From Candidatus Porifericomitaceae bacterium (lineage in GTDB: Bacteria > Pseudomonadota > Gammaproteobacteria > Porifericomitales > Porifericomitaceae), in the NCBI GenBank assembly GCA_965212005.1, contig OZ243038.1:2193432-2257431 (forward strand): a DNA stretch of 64,000 nt, in the 5' to 3' direction. The notes beneath the pieces were generated by a model. That model did not search any database and was not told the origin of the DNA. It saw nothing but the letters and a program-made list of their open reading frames with translations. The position numbers were made by a program, and so were the translations under genes. Shown here piece by piece: positions 9,550-17,592 of the stretch (position 1 is its first letter; each line of letters begins with the position of its first letter).

Positions 9550-9861
9550 TTGCCCTCAGCGTTCCCTCCGGCATATCCCCGGGATGGTTGGGAATGGTCG
9601 TGTATTTACAAGGATACGCCTAATTATAACCTCGTCGTTATAACAGAAGATGACGGTTACGCGGCGAGGATGTTCTACGTTAAGCCAGCGTTTGGAATTA
9701 AGGAAGGCACATAAGTATATTCTGGTCAAGTCATTGGCACATATCAAAATATAGGAGACAGAAAAGGGCATAGTGGGATCACAGAGCACGTTCATGTAGA
9801 AATTCGGCTCGAAGGTAAGTTATTATATCCCACAGACATCATTCCGATTCCTGAAAACTAG
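9550..9861 (+). pseudogene. Truncated 4th HExxH/DUF4157-like gene (first 20 codons) fused to a frameshifted M23 (LytM) peptidase 3' fragment
   Basis: LPSAFPPAYPRDGWEWSCIY then ...NLVVITEDDGYAARMFYVKPAFGIKEGT*. After a +1 shift: YSGQVIGTYQNIGDRKGHSGITEHVHVEIRLEGKLLYP (M23 HxH/GxxGxxGxT-like C-terminus). Ends 1 nt before the ATG at 9863. Confidence 0.6.
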
Positions 9862-9862
9862 C

Positions 9863-10516
9863 ATGCGCAGTTTAAGATCTTTGCTCCGATTGCTCGCCAG
9901 CAGCGTGATCATCATTCATTCCGCTTTTACGTGTGCTGCCGGCATGACTGATTGTGATGCTTTGGAACTGATTTCAGGTCACTCTGATTACAATTCGCTA
10001 GTCTGTGCTGGTGTTCAGAAAGTGGAAGAGCGAAAATATGAGGAAGCGATTTCTCTATTTGAGCAGGCCCTGGCTGTTCCGCTACGTGAGTGGTCTAACT
10101 TCCTGTTATTACCCCGGCTGGCTTTGGCACATCATCTGTCCGGCTCCGGACAAAAAGCGGAAAGCGTTTTGCTGAAAGCTGAGTTGACGTTGTCGGTATT
10201 TTTGGGTTTGATGACATGCGAACAGACGGAGACGGGTTACGTTGTTCGTCGAGCGTATGAAGATTATCTCACTGGCCAGGTGGGCAATGAGGTTGCAGCA
10301 ATTATGTGTGGCAATGAATATCATTACGTATCTGAGCGGGATACACTTGAACAAGTGCTGCTGGAAGCGAAGTTGATAGAGAATTATTTTGAGATCAAGC
10401 GGCAGATCGGCTTATCTGAAGGCGATGACTCCCAGGCTGCAGTGAGGCGTGGATTGCACGTCGGTGTCGGGGCAGGCCGTTATTGTTATAACAGGCGGCA
10501 TCATGGACAGGGTTAG
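9863..10516 (+). CDS. Secreted 217-aa protein, standalone paralog of the ankyrin protein N-terminal domain (copy 1)
   Basis: Signal peptide. Shares blocks DCDAxEL, YNSLVCxG, KYEEAIxxFEQAL, LLPRLALAHHLSGS, TLSVF, NYFEIKRQIG with the ankyrin protein N-domain. Confidence 0.6.
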   Translation: MRSLRSLLRLLASSVIIIHSAFTCAAGMTDCDALELISGHSDYNSLVCAGVQKVEERKYEEAISLFEQALAVPLREWSNFLLLPRLALAHHLSGSGQKAESVLLKAELTLSVFLGLMTCEQTETGYVVRRAYEDYLTGQVGNEVAAIMCGNEYHYVSERDTLEQVLLEAKLIENYFEIKRQIGLSEGDDSQAAVRRGLHVGVGAGRYCYNRRHHGQG

Positions 10517-10783
10517 TCTTCGATACAAAGATGCTCCATCGGATCGACTCACCAGTATAACCACGCGGAGGGGTTACGCGGTGGGGCAGCTTTACGTTAC
10601 TGCGGCACCTGGCATCCAGTCTGGAGTAAGCGCAGGGGCTGGTCAAGTTATTAGCACACGTCAAGGGCGGGGAGGCCGGCATCCTGGGAGCACAGAACGC
10701 GTTCCTGCAGAGCTTGCACATAACAGTCAGGTATGTGGAGGCCGGGGCGCTGATTTCGCTTCCGTAAGTAGCAGCCTGTACAA

Positions 10784-13549
10784 ATGAAGTCCTTGCTCTG
10801 GTGGCTGGTCGGCAGCGTTATTATTATTCATTCGGCTTTCGCGCATGCTGATGATGATAAGTTTGATTGTGATGCCTGGGAGCTTTTCGGGACAAGATTT
10901 GAGGGCTACGATTATTACAATTCGCTAGTCTGTTCTGGTATTAAGAACATGGAAAAGGGGCAATATGAGGAAGCCGTTGTCCAATTTGAGGAGGCCCTGA
11001 CTGTTCCGCTAAATGAATGGCCTAACTTTATGTTATTGCCCAGACTGGCTTTGGCCTATCATCTGTCCGGTTCCAGAGAAAAGGCAAAAAGAGTTCTGCT
11101 AAAAGCGAAGCGGACGCTGTCGGTATTTACTGGTTTGATTAAATGCGAAGTAAGAGATATCCCCACTTGGAGCGATTATATTATTATGCGCCAGGCAAAT
11201 GGTATTGCCCTCTCCTCCCGCGACGGAATGTGTGGTGAGATATATTTTCCATATTATGAGAGTAAGTCTCTTGGTGCAATGCGATATGATGCGAGGGTTG
11301 TAAAGAATTATTTTGAGATCAAGCGGCAGATGGGCTTTTCCACCCCCCTTCATGAGACGGCGCAAGAGGGGCGCACAGCAGTCATCCAGACGCTGATTGA
11401 GGCAGGTGCAGACGTCAATGTGGAAGATAGCGACGGCGAGACCCCGCTTCATAGGGCGGCCCGGGAAGGCCACACAGCAGTCGTCCAGACACTGATTCGG
11501 GCAGGTGCGGACGTCAATGCGAAGGATGGCGAGAGGAAGACCCCACTTCATGGGGCGGCGCGGGAAGGCGACACAGCAGTTATCCAGATGCTGATTGAGG
11601 CAGGTGCGGACGTCCATGCAAAGTACAGAGACGGTTCCCCGCTGCATGAGGCGGCATACAAAGGCCGCACAGAAGCCATCCGTATGCTGATTAAGGCAGG
11701 TGCGGACGTCAATGCAAGGACGTCGACTGACTACACCTCGCTTCATGGGGCGGCGTACAAGGGCTACCCGGAAACCGTCCGTATGCTGATTGAAGCAGGC
11801 GCAGACGTCAATGCGGAGGATATTTTATACGGTGAGACCCCGCTTCGTTTGGCGGCAAAAAAAGAACAAACAGAAGTCATCCGCATGCTGATTGAGGCAG
11901 GCGCGGACGTCAACATGGAGGCAATAGACGGGAGCACCTGGACTCCGCTTTACTGGGCGGTACAGGGGGGGCACATAGAAGTCATCAAGGTGCTGATTGA
12001 GGCAGGCGCGGATGTCAATGCAAGGTCCAGATACGGCGAGCCCCCGCTTCATGAGGCGGTCCGGGAAGGCCTGTCAGAAGGTGTTTCTGTGTTGATTGGG
12101 GCAGGCGCGGATGTCAATGCGAGAGATGGCCGCGGCGAGACCCCGCTTCATAATGCGGTATTGAGAGGCCGGTCAGAAAGTGTTTCTACGTTGATTGAGG
12201 CAGGTGCGGACGTCAATGCGAAGAATAACGAAGGCTGGACTCCGCTTTACTGGGCGGTACAGGAGGGGCGCATAGAAGTCATCCGCATGCTGATTGAGGC
12301 AGGCGCGGACGTCAACATGGAGGCAATAGACGGGAGCAACTGGACTTCGCTTTACTGGGCGGTACAGGAGGGGCACATAGAAGTCATCAAAGTGCTGATT
12401 GAGGCAGGCGTGGATGTCAATGCGACGTCCAGATACGGCGAGCCCCCGCTTCATGAGGCGGTCCGGGAAGGCCTGTCAGAAGGTGTTTTTGTGTTGATTG
12501 GGGCAGGTGCGGATGTCAATGCGAAAGACAGCCTCGGCGAGACCCCGCTTCGTTTGGCGGCAAAAACAGAACAAACAGAAGTCATCCGCATGCTGATTGA
12601 GGCAGGCGCAGACGTCAACATGGAGGCAATAGACGGGAGCAACTGGACTCCGCTTTACTGGGCGGTACAGGAGGGGGACATAGAAGCCATCCGCATGCTG
12701 ATTGAGGCAGGCGCGGATGTCAACGCAAGGTCCAGATACGGCGAGCCCCCGCTTCATGAGGCGGCCCGGGAAGGCCACAGAGCAGTCGTCCAGGCACTGA
12801 TTCGGGCAGGCGTGGATGTCAATGCGAAAGATAGCGGCGGCGAGACCCCGCTTCATGAGGTGGCACTGTCAGGCGATCCAGAACTTGTTGATGTGCTGAT
12901 TGAGGCAGGCGCGGATGTCAATGCAAGGTCCAGATACGGTGAGACCCCGCTTCATGAAGCGGTCCAGGAAGGCCACACAGCAGTCGTCCAGGCACTGATT
13001 CGGGCAGGCGTGGATGTGAATGCGAAAGATAGCGGTGGCGAGACCCTGCTTCATGAGGCGGCACTGTCTGGCGATCCAGAACTTGTTGATGTGCTGATTG
13101 AGGCAGGCGCGGATGTCAATGCGAAAGGTAGCAGCGGCGAGCCCCTGCTTCATGAGGCGGCCCGGGAAGGCCACACAGCAGTCGTCCGGGCACTGATTCG
13201 GGCAGGCGTGGATGTGAATGCGAAAGATAGCGGCGGCGAGACCCCGCTTCATGAGGCGGCATGGTCAGGCCTGTCAGAAGGTGTTTCTACGTTGATTGAG
13301 GCAGGTGCGGACGTCAATGCGAAGGATAACGAAGGCTGGACTCCGCTTCACAGGGCGGCACAGTCAGGCGAGCCAGAACTTGTTGATGTGCTGGTTGCCG
13401 CAGGCGCAGACGTGAATGCAAAGGATGCAGACGGAGACACGCCGTTGGATAAGACAAAATCCAAAATGGATCAAATGGATCGAAAAAATGAAGAATACGA
13501 TAAGTATCGGACAGTCGTTGACTTGCTGGATAGGGCAGGCGCAAGATAA
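10784..13549 (+). CDS. Secreted ankyrin-repeat protein, 921 aa (signal peptide + ~170-aa Cys-containing N-domain + ~21 ANK repeats + Lys/Asp-rich tail), copy 1
   Basis: Signal peptide ends IIIHSAFA|HADD. Repeats are 33 aa each, e.g. TPLHxAAxEGHTAVVQALIRAGADVNAKDxxGE. Confidence 0.85.
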   Translation: MKSLLWWLVGSVIIIHSAFAHADDDKFDCDAWELFGTRFEGYDYYNSLVCSGIKNMEKGQYEEAVVQFEEALTVPLNEWPNFMLLPRLALAYHLSGSREKAKRVLLKAKRTLSVFTGLIKCEVRDIPTWSDYIIMRQANGIALSSRDGMCGEIYFPYYESKSLGAMRYDARVVKNYFEIKRQMGFSTPLHETAQEGRTAVIQTLIEAGADVNVEDSDGETPLHRAAREGHTAVVQTLIRAGADVNAKDGERKTPLHGAAREGDTAVIQMLIEAGADVHAKYRDGSPLHEAAYKGRTEAIRMLIKAGADVNARTSTDYTSLHGAAYKGYPETVRMLIEAGADVNAEDILYGETPLRLAAKKEQTEVIRMLIEAGADVNMEAIDGSTWTPLYWAVQGGHIEVIKVLIEAGADVNARSRYGEPPLHEAVREGLSEGVSVLIGAGADVNARDGRGETPLHNAVLRGRSESVSTLIEAGADVNAKNNEGWTPLYWAVQEGRIEVIRMLIEAGADVNMEAIDGSNWTSLYWAVQEGHIEVIKVLIEAGVDVNATSRYGEPPLHEAVREGLSEGVFVLIGAGADVNAKDSLGETPLRLAAKTEQTEVIRMLIEAGADVNMEAIDGSNWTPLYWAVQEGDIEAIRMLIEAGADVNARSRYGEPPLHEAAREGHRAVVQALIRAGVDVNAKDSGGETPLHEVALSGDPELVDVLIEAGADVNARSRYGETPLHEAVQEGHTAVVQALIRAGVDVNAKDSGGETLLHEAALSGDPELVDVLIEAGADVNAKGSSGEPLLHEAAREGHTAVVRALIRAGVDVNAKDSGGETPLHEAAWSGLSEGVSTLIEAGADVNAKDNEGWTPLHRAAQSGEPELVDVLVAAGADVNAKDADGDTPLDKTKSKMDQMDRKNEEYDKYRTVVDLLDRAGAR

Positions 13550-13768
13550 TTGGGACTCGTCAGTGCCAGCCGGATAAGAACGTCCGGTCATGGATATGTC
13601 CTAACCGCCTTCGATGTCCGGAAAAACTGTTTTGCTTGCAAAGTCAAAGCGAGCAACGTTGGTTGCTAGCCGTTACGGCTAGATCGGCGCCAATCCACGT
13701 TGACAATGGCGAAGAGCGGCAGTAACTTTGAATAGTAGAAGGCTTTATGCCGATTCCTGAAAACTAGC

Positions 13769-14422
13769 ATGCGCAGTTCAAGATATTTGCTCCGATTGCT
13801 CGTCGGCAGCGTGATCATCATTCATTCCGCTTTTACGTGTGCTGCCGGCATGACTGATTGTGATGCTTTGGAACTGATTTCAGGTCACTCTGATTACAAT
13901 TCGCTAGTCTGTGCTGGTGTTCAGAAAGTGGAAGAGCGAAAATATGAGGAAGCGATTTCTCTATTTGAGCAGGCCCTGGCTGTTCCGCTACGTGAGTGGT
14001 CTAACTTCCTGTTATTACCCCGGCTGGCTTTGGCACATCATCTGTCCGGCTCCGGACAAAAAGCGGAAAGCGTTTTGCTGAAAGCTGAGTTGACGTTGTC
14101 GGTATTTGTGGGTTTGATGACATGCGAACAGACGGAGACGGGTTACGTTGTTCGTCGAGCGTATGAAGATTATCTCACTGGCCAGGTGGGCAATGAGGTT
14201 GCAGCAATTATGTGTGGCAATGAATATCATTACGTATCTGAGCGGGATACACTTGAACAAGTGCTGCTGGAAGCGAAGTTGATAGAGAATTATTTTGAGA
14301 TCAAGCGGCAGATCGGCTTATCTGAAGGCGATGACTCCCAGGCTGCAGTGAGGCGTGGATTGCACGTCGGTGTCGGGGCAGGCCGTTATTGTTATAACAG
14401 GCGGCATCATGGACAGGGTTAG
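13769..14422 (+). CDS. Secreted 217-aa N-domain paralog, copy 2
   Basis: About 98% identical to 9863-10516. Confidence 0.6.
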   Translation: MRSSRYLLRLLVGSVIIIHSAFTCAAGMTDCDALELISGHSDYNSLVCAGVQKVEERKYEEAISLFEQALAVPLREWSNFLLLPRLALAHHLSGSGQKAESVLLKAELTLSVFVGLMTCEQTETGYVVRRAYEDYLTGQVGNEVAAIMCGNEYHYVSERDTLEQVLLEAKLIENYFEIKRQIGLSEGDDSQAAVRRGLHVGVGAGRYCYNRRHHGQG

Positions 14423-14689
14423 TCTTCGATACAAAGATGCTCCATCTAATCGGCTCACCAGTATAACCACGCGGGGGGGTTACGCGGTGGGGCAGCGTAA
14501 CGTTACTGCGACGCCTGGAACTCAGTCTGGAGTAAGCGCAGGGGCTGGTCAAGTTATTAGCACACGTCAAGAGTGGGGAGGCCGGCATCCTGGGAGCACA
14601 GAACGCGTTCCTGCAGAGCTTGCACATAACAGTCAGGTATGTGGAGGCCGGGGCGCTGATTTCGCTTCCGTAAGTGGCAGCCTGTACAA

Positions 14690-16456
14690 ATGAAGTCCTT
14701 GCTCTGGTGGCTGGTCGGCAGCGTTATTATTATTCATTCGGCTTTCGCGCATGCTGATGATAAGTTGGATTGTGATGCCTGGGAGCTTTACGGGACAGGC
14801 TATCATTATTACAATTCGCTAGTCTGTTCTGGTATTAAGAACATGGAAAAGGGGCAATATGAGGAAGCCATTGTCCAATTTGAGGAGGCTCTGACTATTT
14901 GGATACATGAATGGCCTAACTTTATGTTATTGCCCAGACTGGCTTTGGCCTATCATCTGTCCGGTTCCAGAGAAAAGGCAAAAAGAGTTCTGCTAAAAGC
15001 GAAGCGGACGCTGTCGATACTTACTGGTTTGATTAAATGCGAAGAAAGAGATACCACCACTTTGAGAGATTATATTATTATGCGCCAGGCGAATGGTATT
15101 GCCCTCTCTGGAGACGACGTAATGTGTGGTTCGGTATTATATTTTCCATATTATGAGAGTAAGTCTCTTGGTGCAATGCGATATGATGCGAGGATTGTAA
15201 AGAATTATTTTGAGATCAAGCGGCAGATGGGCTTTTCCACCCCCCTTCATGAGACGGCGCAAGAGGGGCGCACAGCAGTCATCCAGACGCTGATTGAGGC
15301 AGGTGCAGACGTCAATGCGGAAGATAGCGACGGCGAGACCCCGCTTCATAGGGCGGCCCGGGAAGGCCACACAGCAGTCGTCCAGGCACTGATTCGGGCA
15401 GGCGCGGACGTCAATGCGAAGGATGGCGAGAGGAAGACCCCACTTCATGGGGCGGCGCGGGAAGGCGACACAGCAGTTATCCAGATGCTGATTGAGGCAG
15501 GTGCGGACGTCAATGCAAAGTACAGAGACGGCGGCTCCCCGCTGCATGAGGCGGCATACAAAGGCCGCACAGAAGCCATCCGTATGCTGATTAAGGCAGG
15601 TGCGGACGTCAATGCAAGTACGTCGACTGACTACACCCCGCTTCATGGGGCGGTGTACAAGGGCTACCCGGAAATCATCCGTATGCTGATTGAAGCAGGC
15701 GCGGACGTCAATGCGGCGGAGCGTTACTACGGTGAGACCTCGCTTCGTTTGGCGGCAAAAAAAGAACGAACAGAAGTCATCCGCATGCTGATTGAGGCAG
15801 GCGCGGACGTCAACATGGAGGCAATAGACGGGAGCAACTGGACTCCGCTTTACTGGGCGGTACAGGAGGGGCACATAGAAGTCATCAAGGTGCTGATTGG
15901 GGCAGGTGCGGATGTCAATGCAAGGTCCAGATACGGTGAGCCCCCGCTTCATGGGGCGGTCCAGAAAGGCCTGTCAGAAGGTGTTTCTGTGTTGATTGGG
16001 GCAGGCGCGGATGTCAATGCGAAAGATAGCCGCGGCGAGACCCCGCTTTATGAGGCGGCATTGAGAGGCCGGTCAGAAGGTATTTCTACGTTGATTGGGG
16101 CAGGTGCGGACGTCAATGCGAAGAATAACGAAGGCTGGACTCCTCTTCACAGGGCGGCACAGTCATGGTGGTCAGGCCTGTCAAAAGGTGTTTCTACGTT
16201 GATTGGGGCAGGTGCGGACGTCAATGCGAAGGATAACGAAGGCTGGACTCCGCTTCACAGGGCGGCACTGTCAGGCGATCCAGAACTTGTTGATGTGCTG
16301 GTTGCCGCAGGCGCAGACGTGAATGCAAAGGATGCAGACGGAGACACGCCGTTGGATAAGACAAAATCCAAAATGGATCAAATGGATCGAAAAAATGAAG
16401 AATACGATAAGTATCGGACAGTCGTTGACTTGCTGGATAGGGCAGGCGCAAGATAA
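14690..16456 (+). CDS. Secreted ankyrin-repeat protein, 588 aa, copy 2 (in-frame loss of ~11 ANK repeats, mosaic)
   Basis: Same N-domain and C-tail. The middle repeats are absent relative to copies 1 and 3. Junction region AAQSWWSGLSKGVSTL. Confidence 0.8.
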   Translation: MKSLLWWLVGSVIIIHSAFAHADDKLDCDAWELYGTGYHYYNSLVCSGIKNMEKGQYEEAIVQFEEALTIWIHEWPNFMLLPRLALAYHLSGSREKAKRVLLKAKRTLSILTGLIKCEERDTTTLRDYIIMRQANGIALSGDDVMCGSVLYFPYYESKSLGAMRYDARIVKNYFEIKRQMGFSTPLHETAQEGRTAVIQTLIEAGADVNAEDSDGETPLHRAAREGHTAVVQALIRAGADVNAKDGERKTPLHGAAREGDTAVIQMLIEAGADVNAKYRDGGSPLHEAAYKGRTEAIRMLIKAGADVNASTSTDYTPLHGAVYKGYPEIIRMLIEAGADVNAAERYYGETSLRLAAKKERTEVIRMLIEAGADVNMEAIDGSNWTPLYWAVQEGHIEVIKVLIGAGADVNARSRYGEPPLHGAVQKGLSEGVSVLIGAGADVNAKDSRGETPLYEAALRGRSEGISTLIGAGADVNAKNNEGWTPLHRAAQSWWSGLSKGVSTLIGAGADVNAKDNEGWTPLHRAALSGDPELVDVLVAAGADVNAKDADGDTPLDKTKSKMDQMDRKNEEYDKYRTVVDLLDRAGAR

Positions 16457-16674
16457 TTGGGACTCGTCAGTGCCAGCCGGATGAGAACGTCCGGTCATGG
16501 ATATGTCCTAACCGCCTTCGATGTCCGGAAAAACTGTTTTGCTTGCAAAGTCAAGCGAGCAACGTTGGTTGCTAGCCGTTACGGCTAGATCGGCGCCAAT
16601 CCACGTTGACAATGGCGAAGAGCGGCAGTAGCTTTGCATAGTAGAAGGCTTTATGCCGATTCCTGAAAACTAGC

Positions 16675-17328
16675 ATGCGCAGTTTAAGATCTTTGCTCCG
16701 ATTGCTCGCCAGCAGCGTGATCATCATTCATTCCGCTTTTACGTGTGCTGCCGGCATGACTGATTGTGATGCTTTGGAACTGATTTCAGGTCACTCTGAT
16801 TACAATTCGCTAGTCTGTGCTGGTGTTCAGAAAGTGGAAGAGCGAAAATATGAGGAAGCGATTTCTCTATTTGAGCAGGCCCTGGCTGTTCCGCTACGTG
16901 AGTGGTCTAACTTCCTGTTATTACCCCGGCTGGCTTTGGTACATCATCTGTCCGGCTCCGGACAAAAAGCGGAAAGCGTTTTGCTGAAAGCTGAGTTGAC
17001 GTTGTCGGTATTTGTGGGTTTGATGACATGCGAACAGACGGAGACGGGTTACGTTGTTCGTCGAGCGTATGAAGATTATCTCACTGGCCAGGTGGGCAAT
17101 GAGGTTGCAGCAATTATGTGTGGCAATGAATATCATTACGTATCTGAGCGGGATACACTTGAACAAGTGCTGCTGGAAGCGAAGTTGATAGAGAATTATT
17201 TTGAGATCAAGCGGCAGATCGGCTTATCTGAAGGCGATGACTCCCAGGCTGCAGTGAGGCGTGGATTGCACGTCGGTGTCGGGGCAGGCCGTTATTGTTA
17301 TAACAGGCGGCATCATGGACAGGGTTAG
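16675..17328 (+). CDS. Secreted 217-aa N-domain paralog, copy 3
   Basis: About 99% identical to copy 1. Confidence 0.6.
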   Translation: MRSLRSLLRLLASSVIIIHSAFTCAAGMTDCDALELISGHSDYNSLVCAGVQKVEERKYEEAISLFEQALAVPLREWSNFLLLPRLALVHHLSGSGQKAESVLLKAELTLSVFVGLMTCEQTETGYVVRRAYEDYLTGQVGNEVAAIMCGNEYHYVSERDTLEQVLLEAKLIENYFEIKRQIGLSEGDDSQAAVRRGLHVGVGAGRYCYNRRHHGQG

Positions 17329-17592
17329 TCTTCGATACGGAGATGCTCCATCGGATCGGCTCACCAGTATAACCACGGGGGGATACGCGGTGGGGCAGCT
17401 TTACGTTACTGCGGCGCCTGGAACTCAGTCTGGAGTTAGCGCAGGGGCTGGTCAAGTTATTAGCACACGTCAAGAGCGGGGAGGCCGGCATCCTGGGAGC
17501 ACAGAACGCGTTCCTGCAGAGCTTGCACATAACAGTCAGGTATGTGGAGGCCGGGGCGCTGATTTCGCTTCCGTAAGTAGCAGCCTGTACAA

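Noticed and set aside
10449-10787. 112-aa ORF (MDCTSVSGQAVIVITGG...) in the conserved spacer, repeated in each unit
   Set aside because: Overlaps the end of the 217-aa gene, has Gly/Ser/Arg-rich composition typical of GC-frame artefacts, and has no start context. The conservation is explained by the repeat itself.
11099-13252. Series of minus-strand ORFs (MKRGLAVSG.../MKRGVVSRRPCIDVRTCLNQH...) inside each ankyrin gene
   Set aside because: They are antisense translations of the periodic ankyrin-repeat DNA: Cys/Arg-rich, low complexity, with identical periodicity. The plus-strand ANK protein is the real product.
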